Part shown: positions 50,490 to 62,039 of the stretch, in pieces
Layout: each line of letters starts with the position of its first letter
How positions within the stretch are numbered: the stretch's first letter is position 1
From: Geosiphon pyriformis uo1
Lineage: Eukaryota > Fungi > Glomeromycota
NCBI GenBank assembly: GCA_016748015.1
Contig: JAAOMT010000128.1
Span: 627,538-691,537 of the forward strand
Direction of reading: 5' to 3'
Length of the DNA stretch: 64,000 nucleotides
Translations under genes and position numbers: made by a program
Notes under the pieces: generated by a model
Told to the model about the DNA's origin: nothing
The model's database searches: none
Seen by the model: only the letters and a program-made list of their open reading frames with translations

Positions 50490-50905
50490 ATGGCCAAAGA
50501 AAAGAGTGCAAAAACCTCCACAGTCAAAAAAGAAACGACTTCTAGTATGTTTCGTTTGTACTTTTTATTTGCTCTATCTATCTATGAAAAGAAAAAAACT
50601 TGTTTTATTTTTCCGTTCGTGTTCATTTTTTTTAAACACACCTGTCTATTCAAGCCAGGAAACCAAGTTCGTATAATCTGTTCATGAAATCTGAACTACC
50701 TAAAGTCAAAGCCGAAAATCCAAATTTGGATCATAAGGAAGCTTTCAAGTTGGTTGCATCTCGATGGAAGGACTCGTATGTATATTTTCTCGGCTGTTAT
50801 TATTCGTCAACATATCTTTGTCTCCAAAATTTCTTCCCTTCATTTTTCTTACTTTTAAGACCCGAGAACCCCAAAAACCCCAAAAACAACGCGACCACAA
50901 AATAA
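50490..50905 (+). CDS. Small YABBY/HMG-box-like DNA-binding protein (~73 aa, 3 exons)
   Basis: Exons 50490-50544, 50655-50775 and 50860-50905 with GTATGT..AG introns give ...TRKPSSYNLFMKSELPKVKAENPNLDHKEAFKLVASRWKDSPENPK, a match to the YABBY helix-loop-helix motif. Confidence 0.88.
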
Positions 50906-51782
50906 ACCACGGTTTAAATCCTCAGCTACAATCACGTGGACATGTCAGGTTTTCTTTTTATTTCCGCCCAGCGGATTAACTTCATGTAAATTTGTCGCCT
51001 GTTATCATAATGAACATTGAGAACTCTTAATTTGCCATTAGCCTTGACAAAACTTTTTTTTCATCGCACAGCATAAAAGTTTCTCTGTAAAATCGCTTTT
51101 TTTCACTTTAATTTGTTATATACCAGCAACCCTTTTAATCTGTTGTTTAATAATATCCCAAGTGTGAATAATAAACAAACCTTGATTTGATATTCCCATC
51201 ACTATCATTTTGTTCAGCTTTGCTTCAACACTTGAAACCACCCTTTCAAGCTCCTGTTGATCAATAACGTCTGTAGGCTGAAATAAAGATGCAAAGACAT
51301 CTTTTATTAATCCATTGAATACATTGATCTTGCTCGATTGGGTTAGTACTCATCTACCTACCTACCTATCAAGTACCCAGTTCTCGAGACGTGAAAATTC
51401 GATTACCAGCTCGATTCCTCATCTATAACGTGTTGTCTCTTGGGAATAAATCCTAATGCAATTTTATTCAGGCAACAAGGTCCTGGAAATCCAACTCTAA
51501 AAACTACCAGTTTCAGAATAAATGATTCTATGTAATTTTCACGATCTTATTGGTAGGTCAGAGAAGCTTTAGCAAGTCAAGTTATATTTTTTAATCGAAA
51601 TCATGAAAGGTCCGCAGCGGTGAAAAAATCGCAAATGTTCATTAGACTCCTGCTTAATTAGGAAATATCAAAACCTGTGGAGTTCGATCTTTAATGAAAA
51701 CAAATGTATCGCTGCTAAATGTCGACTTAAAACCGAGCTTTAATACCTACCTGAATTTATACTTCACCATCTTTAAGAGAAA

Positions 51783-53549
51783 TTATTGTACAAACAACTC
51801 CGGGGTCTCATTCTCTACAAGCAATGCTGTGTTTTTTACATTTTCATCCCATTCTTGCAAACGCTGCCGCATACCATCGATTTGATCACGATCGAGGACA
51901 CGTGGCTGAACCCAGGTTACTACCACCACTTCACTGACTTGATCGATAGATCCTCGGATAAGTTTAAGTGAAAGAGCCTTCATTATTAAATATTCAACCT
52001 ATTAATGAAGCAGCAAAATAGACTTTGTGAAAAGGCATCAGGTGAAATAAAATATCGGAACTCGAAACTAAATGGAGTTTTTGGACATCATTTTGTTTTA
52101 AGATGAACAAAATCTTCTTACCTCCCCTAAGGGTAGCCTAGTTTCAGCTGCGATGTTTTCAAAAGGTATGGTTCGATTGTCAGAATTCCTTTTAAAAACG
52201 GCCTCAATTAAAGACATCAAACAAATTTTCTGTTGCAAAAATGAAATTGCTTCCTGTAATAATGGCTAAAACAAAATTAATAAGATTAGATACTTGAATT
52301 TCTATATTAGAGTCTAATATTTGCAGGATTGGGATTATCATATGTGTTGGGTAGACTTACTTGTTTAGCGAAATGGGGTTGTAATGCTTCGAATTTGCCG
52401 ATATCTCCAGCGTTAAATACGAACAAAAGGGTTTTGAGCCATTCGTGAGGCGTATTTGTTAATGTTTCCAAAATTGGGTGCATTAACTTGAGGGAAAAAA
52501 TATGGAATTAAAATTGGGAAAATCTCAAATTAAAAAAAGTCTCGTCATACCAATTCCCCAAAATTATAAATGGTATCTCCCATAAGGGCACTGATTGCTA
52601 AATCAAGAGCCCTGTCAACTTTGTCTTCTAAAGTCAAATCTTCGAGTTGAACACAAGCAAGGTATAGTAGGGCATTTTTATAGTATTCTGCATATTCCGC
52701 TTTGGCCTGTTCACGAGAAAATCGTTGATTTGCATCTTTTGTTTTAGATTTTTGATATAAAAAAATCAAACTTACCTTATAAAAGTCGGCGCATACACGA
52801 TAGAAACTGGCATGAATAACAGTCTCAACCGAATCAAACTTTTCCAGTATCTTTTCACATTCATCCATCGCTGCTTTGGTCCCCTCTAAATCACGTAGCA
52901 AGAGTTTCATGTAGGCCGTCTCCATCACGGCATGCACATATGCATCCTGAGTTTGTGGCGTATCCACTTTTTGGACTAATGAAGTGAGGAATGATAAGGC
53001 GGCCGTTTGATCTGGAGTTATACGGAAAAAAGCAAAATGGAACGCCTTAATTTATGTATTGGATCAAAGAAAAAGTCGATTAATGGATCTCTATATAATG
53101 AAATCTATGAGATGAAGATCTACCATGTATATAAATATTTTGAAAGTCGCCTACCATCGAATTGTTTGGCAGCACTTAAACCAAGTGTAACAAGTTTCAA
53201 CTTGTTCATCTTGTTCTCCCAATCGGAGATGAAATGTTGAAAAAGAGGGATTTGGAAATCACGGGAGGCTGGATTGGCGAATAATTCTTCTATTTTGAGT
53301 GTCAATTGATGCCATAGTCTAATATTAAAGAATTATTAGGAAAATAATTGTGGACTTTAGCAGTCAAATAAGGAGCGGGGAGGAGTTCATCTAATAATAA
53401 CATGTAGGGAACAAGTCATAAAACACTCACTTCCTTTCATGGAGATCCTCAAAATTTCTAAAGTATTCCTGCAATTCCACACTTGCATGTGTTCGCAATT
53501 CATTAAGTACCTGGGTCGGGTTTCGGTCTAAATCCATATCAGAAAACAT
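51783..53549 (-). CDS. RPN9: 26S proteasome lid subunit Rpn9/PSMD13 (multi-exon)
   Basis: LWHQLTL, FISDWENKMNKLKLV, YYKNALLYLAC, ALMGDTIYNFGELLMHPIL and MKALSLKLIRGSIDQV...WVQPRVL (PCI domain); canonical introns. Confidence 0.95.
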
Positions 53550-53773
53550 GACAGAAATGAAAAGAATGCTATAAAATTGTTGTCAACACTAAAAAAGATA
53601 ATTCGAAATTTTATAATTCTTAATGATCATCTGGAATTTGAACAATGACGTTACCCAAGTAAGAAAATCATTTAGGCGAATTCATGTGACACCTGATGTT
53701 GCCAGCCAATCAAATTATATTGATGATATTTTTTCTACAAGCCACCTGCCGAGCTTTTCTCCAGAAATAAAAT

Positions 53774-54289
53774 ATGTCGTGGAAACCTGGCGTTACAAAA
53801 ATCTTCCTTCCCAATATAGTGTTCAAAATGGTACGCGATGATAACCTCCCACCAAATCGGGTTGCTTTTCGCATACCTCCAAGACTTAATAAACTTGACA
53901 TTCGGGATTATTTGTGGAACATTTACAAAGTAGAAGTAGTCGACGTACGCACCATGGTTTACGCTACGAGACCCGGTAAGAAGCTACCGGGGAGACCCAG
54001 AATACAGCATCGCGGGAGATTCAAGAAGGCAATTGTCACGTTAAAAAGTGATTTTCATTATCCGCCTCCAATTGAGAGTTTTGAGTTTGCTAGCAGAGAA
54101 GAACAAGTGGAGCGAAGAGCGTTGGTATTTCGTCGTTTGGCAGGCTGGAAGAGTAGACCAAAACAGTTAATGTCAATGTATGTGGAACGTGCGAAGAAAT
54201 TAGAAGAACAACAAAAAAAGGAAAAAGAAGAAAAAGAAAAAACTCAAAATACGCAAGTTGAATCAAAATCAGATAAGAAAGAAACATAG
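53774..54289 (+). CDS. MRP20: Mitochondrial ribosomal protein uL23m (MRPL23/Mrp20)
   Basis: Single-exon 171-aa ORF: IFLPN..., VAFRIPPRLNKLDIRDYLWNIYKVEVVDVRT, FKKAIVTL. Confidence 0.9.
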   Translation: MSWKPGVTKIFLPNIVFKMVRDDNLPPNRVAFRIPPRLNKLDIRDYLWNIYKVEVVDVRTMVYATRPGKKLPGRPRIQHRGRFKKAIVTLKSDFHYPPPIESFEFASREEQVERRALVFRRLAGWKSRPKQLMSMYVERAKKLEEQQKKEKEEKEKTQNTQVESKSDKKET

Positions 54290-54934
54290 ATCAGAAAGCA
54301 AAGGAAGAGATTCTTTTATATTCAAAGGGGGGATGCAGTTCAAACCAAAAAACATTTAAATCTCAAGGTGAATTCCGGTCAAAATATCGTCAGACTATTA
54401 TTAAGGTGAATGACGAAGAATCTAGTTTGATTAAAATTTTGAAATATTCCTCTGATAATAATATTAACAATAATAAAAGTTATTAGTTCATTCAGATTTT
54501 TCTTGCCTCGTGAGAAAGTTTATTTTCCAATAAGGATGAGGGAATACCTCTCTAAATGGGCCAATAACAATTAAAGATCAGTACAAAATAAAGCTACACT
54601 CAATAATTGGAAGTTTTTAATATGTTTTTTTTTTAAAAATCTCGATTGTTTTTCCTTGAAGAATATTAAATTGACTTAGATAAACATGAATAATCAAGGG
54701 CTTATAAATTAGAAGACCTCATAAAAGTAGATCTATTAGAAATAAACCACAAGAAGACCCTCTAAATAGGATCAGGTCTTAATAATAAAAATTTGATTGA
54801 ACAGACGGTAGAATATCGACCACTAAACATTAAAATATAAAAATGTAAAAAGTTTCAAATCCAATGAATATTGATAATTGAACATAAATCATTTGCTTAC
54901 GAACGTTAGAGCATAGGATATTTAGTATATGCAT

Positions 54935-55293
54935 TCATCCAGACTTGAATAAGAGTATGGCAATGGGGCCGATATAGAAATAAATAAAATGTTTGGTTTC
55001 TAAGATAACAATAAAATTTTTGAAAGAAAGGTTGAAGTAAGCTTCTCAGTATACTTTACGAAGTTGATTACTTAATTTTTTTTCATACCATGTGTCACAT
55101 AACTGCCAAAATTCCTTCCAACGATGCAGTGCCAGGTAACCCCATGTTTTTTATCAAATTCACGTTTGATGGAGGCGGCAATATCTTTTTCTACAGTATA
55201 CTTTTCCAAAGCAAGTTCAGCACATTTGATGGCCTCTTTTTGCATTTCTTCATTCATATCGGCATTTTTAACCATGGGTTTATGATCAGCCAT
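54935..55293 (-). CDS. DYN2: Dynein light chain LC8 (2 exons)
   Basis: [11 protein letters not shown]...[43 protein letters not shown]...LLFKSG; exons 55293-55089 and 54999-54935. Confidence 0.97.
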
Positions 55294-55659
55294 GTTGTCA
55301 GATTTTAATCGTACCGTTCTTTTTTCAAAGGGGGAATAGGAGTTTCCTATTGAGAAAATTTGAGTTTATTGGATTATTAGTAGTTCTATTCTCGATTTAG
55401 TCACACGAAATGTAATTATGAACAACGTGGGGACCGAACTATGTGACACACCTTCCGCAATTGATTGGAGCCAACAAACCTGCGCTTGATCTGAGAAATT
55501 GGCTGGGTTTAACATTTAAAACTATTAATAAAACAAATATCATAAAAACCATACATTTTTGCTGAACCAAACTTCCTAAATTAGATTTCTATAAATTTGA
55601 TAGTTTAACGCGACTGAATCAAGGATTACATTTTATTTTATTTATAAAGTTTAATCAAT

Positions 55660-56674
55660 ATGAGCGTGTATTGCCCGAGTTATGCTCCTTTTTTTGGCTT
55701 CGCTGGAGTGGCGTCGGCGGTAAGGAATAATCTTGGCTAACTTTAAAAGTTTTTACTATCCTTCTATTACTTATTCTCTCGAATCTCACTTATTCAAAGA
55801 TGATACTCAGCTGTAAGTTTTTCCCACTCAAATTGAAATACATATTTCTAGATCATCAATATTTGTTTTCAACATATTCCCTATAATCTTTGAAAATTCA
55901 CATTGAAAATAAAATTATCAAAGCGGTTGGTGCTGCATATGGTACAGCGAAAGCTGGAATGGGAATTTCCGGAATGGGCACATTCCGTCCTGAACTTATT
56001 ATGAAGGTGGGAAAAAGAATTTAAGTCACAGGATCAAGGATCTTTGTATTGATCCATCGATATGAATTGTGGTAACATTCCCAACCCTTTAAGTCGCTGA
56101 TTCCTGTCGTCATGGCTGGTATTATTGCTGTGTATGGCTTGGTAATTTCAGTATTAATAGCTGCTGCGCGTAAGTAATTGTTTGATTTATTATCTTTTTG
56201 ATTTTGAAATAGATCTGCTAACTTTTCCTGTAATATTTTTTTGAAGTCTCTCCGACTGATGATTATTCATTGTTTGCGTGAGTACTCTCTTGAACAAGCA
56301 AAAAGCTATATTCTCACTTATTTCAAGATTTTTATATCAATCCAAAAAACTTTAAATTATGTCTCAAGTGGCTTCATTCATTTGGGAGCCGGGTTAGCAG
56401 TGGGTTTATCGGGACTGGCGGCTGGATATACTATAGGCATTGTTGGTGATTCGGCAAGTGTTTATACTTTATACTCACTTGTTTATTTTTTGTTTAATCA
56501 TTAAATTTATATAATCATCATTTTTTCATATAGTGTGTTCGAGGATACGCACAACAGCCACGTCTATTTGTAACGATGGTTTTGATTTTGATTTTTGCCG
56601 AAGTTTTAGGTCTTTATGGATTGATTGTTGCCTTGATTTTAAATACAAAGGCGGAAAGTTCTTGTCAAAATTGA
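55660..56674 (+). CDS. VMA11: V-ATPase proteolipid subunit c' (7 exons)
   Basis: [30 protein letters not shown]...[26 protein letters not shown]...[23 protein letters not shown]; the [12 protein letters not shown] and ALILN blocks favour c' over c. Confidence 0.9.
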
Positions 56675-57262
56675 GAATGGATAAAATCAAAGCCAAAAAG
56701 TAAGAATGGGGCAAAAAATTGATCTTATATTTATAATTGAATCGAGTTTTCTCTTTAAAACATTATCTTGTTTATAATTTGAATAAGAATAGTTTTGAAG
56801 TGATGAGATTTAAATTCGGATTAGATTCAAGGGATATGACTTTAGAGTGTTATATCATTCAATAGAAATCAGACCTGATTAGTATACATGTGATCAGTAA
56901 AAAACTTGATACCGTCCACTAAAACGCTTCTTTAATACTGACCGATTTTAAATCTCAATAATCTTTAAGACCACTTCAAAAATGGAAATTTGACCACTAA
57001 GCAATTTTCTACGATACATACCTCCTTCCAGTACATATTTGCTGCGAGTCAAGAGATTCTTAAAATTTTAACAAAATTAAAGTAAATTTTTCCAGGCTTG
57101 GGCATAATACCATCAATACTCATCTAAGGATTTTATCCATTTTATGTCGATTAATACCCTTTCAATTTTGAATACAAAAAATTATTGTTACTTAGCTCAA
57201 AAATGTCCTAATAAATCCAGTAATAAGAACAATTTGAACCAGATGGATCTTAAACCAAGAAA

Positions 57263-58360
57263 TTATTGTGATTGACTATCAGAAGGGTCTTGCTCCTTGT
57301 CATTCAAATCCAATTGACTAAGCCCCATTTCAGTTCTCGTTTGTTGCTCAAGTTGCTTTAAATAACCCACTTCATTTTCCAATGAACTACATGCCATTTC
57401 CACCTGCAAGGTTTTTCCGAGCAAATCACTCCATTGATATTCAAGAGTTTCAAGTTTTTTACCCGCTTGGAGCTTAGGAATTTAAAAAATTAATATAAAT
57501 TCTCAATTTTTAAAAGTATAATATCTTCAAAGATCTTGCATGCCTGTTCAGCCTTTCTCTCCTTATTCAATTCCAAGATCTCTTGCCGATACTGCTGCAA
57601 AGAGCTTTGAAACAGTTTCAGTTCGTGCTCGAGCTGAAAATTGTGAAGTCTCCAAGCATTAGCCCCGTATTTTAGCAAAAGTTCCATGTTTAATAACCTA
57701 GTAATTTTACATTTACGGTTTCTTATTATTACTTTGTTCATGATCCCCGATTTTCAGCGTCTAATAAGAATTTCAACATTCATTACCGTAAGTTTTGTTG
57801 CTCCAGCTGAGCCTTTGAATTATCTACAGCTTTTTTCCACAATTCTATATTTCCAGCATCTAGAGGAGCTTCAAGCTTGTATCGGTTCGTATCCATTTGC
57901 TCCATCGGTTTACCAAGCTGCACGCGTTGGTATTCGCTTGCAAGAACAGGGGAGTCCTGTCAAGATTTTTTTTGAATTCTGTGCACATAAATTGTGGAGA
58001 CAAACTACATCGCGAGTTTGACAGTGCTAAACATACTCTGAAAAAATCAAAAGTACCAGGAAAGTGGGAGGGGTCTTTTTTAGTTCGTTTACGCATTTCT
58101 TGTTCCACTAGCTTGTCAATTTGTTCACGCATTCCTTTGGAGAAATTTAAGAGTTAGACTTCTTTATTATGACCAATTTAAATAATATTAACAACATCAG
58201 ATGGATTACCTTCTATTTCAATCTCACGATCAATATCTATCGAGGAAATTGAGAAATAGAGACTAATGACTTAGAAAGAGAATAAATGTAGAGTAAAAGA
58301 ATTCAACTCACACGGTAAGGAGTCAACGATGACTTCGGTTGATGACCCTACACTATCCAT
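57263..58360 (-). CDS. SPF27: Pre-mRNA splicing factor SPF27/BCAS2 (Prp19 complex), multi-exon
   Basis: VDSLPYID, DTNRYKL, WKKAVDNSKAQLEQQ, NMELLLKYGANAWRLHN, ELNKERKAEQLQAGKKL..LEYQW, VEMAC motifs. Confidence 0.92.
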
Positions 58361-58605
58361 TTCTCTGAGGAAGTGAAGAAGAATTACAAGATGAGGAGTA
58401 ACAGTCAAAAAGATATCAGGGTCGTAATAAACAACAAGATTTAGATCATCTATTTTAAACGCAAGTTTTTGAATTGTTTATTTATCCCAATTAATTATTG
58501 TTTGCTAATGCATTTTTATTTTTAAACTCGTATTTTATTTATTTTTATTTTGGGATAAAAGCTATCAACAATAAAAAAATAGTCAAGTAAATAACCATTT
58601 ACATA

Positions 58606-60158
58606 ATGTCTGACGAGTCCCAGCGACTTGAGCTTGCACAATATAAAGGAAATGTTGACTCTTTTGAATTACCATGGTAACTTTGCATTGTACCACGTGT
58701 TTTTCTGAACTCCCTCACCTTAAAGGCAACACCTCTGCCTTACTTTTGGTCTAAACTCATAGGGTGGAAAAGTATCGCCCTCGCGTCTTGGACGACATTG
58801 TTGGTAATGAAGCAACTATTGACCGACTAAAAGTCATTGCAAACGCGGGAAATGTTCCAAACCTCCTTCTCTCAGTAAGTAATATATAACATACTATGGA
58901 AGTATCAATGATTTTCTAGACATAAAATTTAGGAGCTTTGGATTTTATTAAGATATAATTCATAAATAGGGCGCCCCAGGTATCGGTAAAACGACAAGCA
59001 TCGTATGTCTGGGAAGCATGTTATTGGGAGATATGGCTAAAGAAGCTATATTGGAGCTTAACGCATCAGATGATCGGTATGCTATGGTCTTGTTCAGCTT
59101 AAACCATAATTTTCAAAATACGTCATGCTGATTTTAACTTCTAGAGGAATTGATGTCGTTCGAAACAACATCAAGGCCTTTGCAAAAAAGAAGCTCACTC
59201 TTCCTCCTGGTAAACATAAACTCATAGTTTTGGATGAAGCTGACAGGTAAGAGAAACGAAGTCACTTTAAATTTACACATTTCAAATTGAAAACTAAAAT
59301 TAGTATTTTTTAATAAACATTATTTCAGTATGACACCTGGAGCCCAGCAAGCCCTTCGTCGTATTATGGAAATATATTCCAACACAACACGATTTGCGCT
59401 TGCATGCAATCAGGCCAATAAGATCATCGAACCCATTCAAAGCCGTTGCTCTATACTTCGTTACACGAAATTAACAAACAAACAAGTTTTAAAGCGTTTA
59501 CGAGAAATATGTAACCTAGAGAAGGTAAGTTATAATTGCAATTTAAAACTTGATTTAACATAGATATTTACCTAAGAGTATACTCTGAAAATAATCAATA
59601 CTAATTTGTTTTCGTTTTAGGTCAAATATAATGACCAAGGACTTGAAGCCATAATATTTACAGCGGATGGCGATATGCGTCAAGCGATTAACAATTTACA
59701 ATCTACGTATTCTGGATTTGACTTTGTGAACTCTGAGAATGTGTTCAAAGTATGTGATCAGCCACATCCAACCATAGTTGATGAAATCATAACCCACTGC
59801 ATAAAAGGACAAATTGAAGAAGCATTGCAACAATTGACGAAACTTTGGAATTCGGGTTATAGTGCTGTTGATATTATCACTACATTATTTAGGGTTTTAA
59901 AAACATATCAAGGGATTCCTGAATATATGAAACTGGATTTTATCAAGGTATGGAACGATATTTTTGATAGTTTAATAATCTGTCATATTCAAATTTTATA
60001 TATTTAATTAAAAAACTGCGCAGGAAATTGGTGAAACTCACATGCGTATTCTCGATGGTGTTCAGACCTTGGTACAACTAGCGGGCCTTGTTGCAAAACT
60101 TTGTAAACTTTCTATATCCCCCGACTGGAGCGGCTTAGTAAACGGAAAACGTGATTAG
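58606..60158 (+). CDS. RFC4: Replication factor C small subunit (yeast Rfc4 / human RFC2), multi-exon
   Basis: ELPWVEKYRP, Walker [46 protein letters not shown] motif, [12 protein letters not shown]. Confidence 0.96.
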
Positions 60159-60708
60159 ATACATATGATGGAATGATGGTCTATCGATTTTTACCTTTTT
60201 AACATAGATTTCAAAAAGTATAATCGCTGATAACTGGTCTAGTAAAAGAGATGAATTTTAAAAAAAATTTCTCAAGGGTTCAGACTTTTGCTATCAAACT
60301 GAATTTCTGCTCCACTTAAAAGAATGTTCTAACTTATTGGTTTTATATATATAAGGTCTCAAGATGACCTGAAGACCCTAATGGAATGATATTTTGAGCT
60401 TTCACGAAATCCGCAAAGCATTTGGCTTTGTCTTAAACATTCAAAGCGTTTTCCGTAAAAACACAGTCCATAAATTAAATTAATGTAAAATACAAGTATT
60501 AGCAACCCTGTTATAATAGTTTGCTTCTTAAAGACAGAAAATAGGGTAAGTTTTATAGCTCAATCATAAAATAGAAGAAAAATATTCATTAGAATATTTT
60601 TATAAACAATAAATACTACAAAGCTCTTTGTTATTACAATGATTCCAGTGCTTTTAAATATTAATTTTCAATCAACCCCCAGGAAACAGCTCCTATATTA
60701 CTTATTAC

Positions 60709-61932
60709 TTATTGTATCTCCAATTTTCCATATAAATGTAAATCCTGCTTTGCCTTAAAGCTTGCCAACCAGGTACCAAATAAATAAAAAAGATGTCTAG
60801 GAAATGTAAAAAACCACGAATCTGAGATAGAAAAATTTTCACTGGCAAAATATTCCAAGAAAAATTTGGGTTTATCTGTCATGATAGCATCTACCCCCCA
60901 CCTGTGACAATCCTTGGCATAACCTTCAGAATTCACAGTCCAAACAAAAACTGGTTTATTGGCTTCATGTGCTTCCTGAAGAAAACGCTTTCCATCATGA
61001 CCAGCGAGGGTAAGAGCTAATAAATTATAACCGTCAACATCAGAAAAATATGCACGAGCAATGTATATTGACGTCCCGATATTTACGATTGGGATCTCTG
61101 TGAGATATTTTCGAGCGGAAGGTAGGAATTTTGGGTGCCAAATACCGAGCATGATACGTTTGGAAAACACCTGGAGATCCGGGTTACGAGAGCGCAAGAT
61201 TCTTGCCAATAATTCAAAAATATTTAAAGGATTGGTAGGTTTTACGTCAATAACACCCCAGACATGTTGATTTTGCTCTTTGAGTAGCATATCGATCACG
61301 TCTTCAAACCGCGGGAGGAGACAATGTGGGGTTTGCTTTGTTGTAACGTGTTTTATATTATCATGATAATTAGCTTGAGCAACAGGACCGTATCCTGTAG
61401 TTGTTCGATCGAGGTCCGGATCATGCAAAATGATAACCTCGTCATCCAATGTTTTTTGGATATCTGATATGTTGGATAAAAATCATCAAAAGAGAGATTT
61501 TCCAAAGAAAGATTGTATAATTATATCCTACCAAATTCTATTGCATGAGCCCCGTCGGCAATTGCTTGTTCAAAAGCAAGTATAGTATTCTCGGGATACG
61601 AATCACTAGACCCTCGATGACCAACAATAAATGGACGGCCTAGCTTTGATAAGCAGAAACCTAGGCGGGATGAAACCACTCTTTCAGAGACGTGTTCTGT
61701 TAAATTATATTAAACCCAAGTGATTAATTATGAGCCCGAGAGAACAACTCACCTCAGTATAAAATAATCAGTAAACAAAATAAGTACCTTCACTTAACAA
61801 AGGTGTAGCTAATACAACAAGAATTTGCGGCATTAAACAAAATTTCAGGTCTTAGGTTAGACATTACTCAGTTTCGTGAAGAGTAAATGATTTTAATCAC
61901 TTACCTTCCGTTATTTGTATGTTTGCGGACAT
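60709..61932 (-). CDS. Glycerophosphodiester phosphodiesterase, Pgc1-like (phosphatidylglycerol phospholipase C); 5' exon structure uncertain
   Basis: VGHRG...PENTILAFEQAIADGAHAIEFD...IILHDPDLDRTT, DVKPTN, VFVWTVN and GVDAIMTDKP, with a hydrophobic C-terminal segment. Confidence 0.85.
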
Positions 61933-62039
61933 TTTGTTTCGTAATTCACTTCAATAGACCGAATTTCAAGGAAAACGAGTATATACTTTTCCTTTAAAGG
62001 TTGCTACAATATATGGGTTTTTTCGACTATTTATATTAA

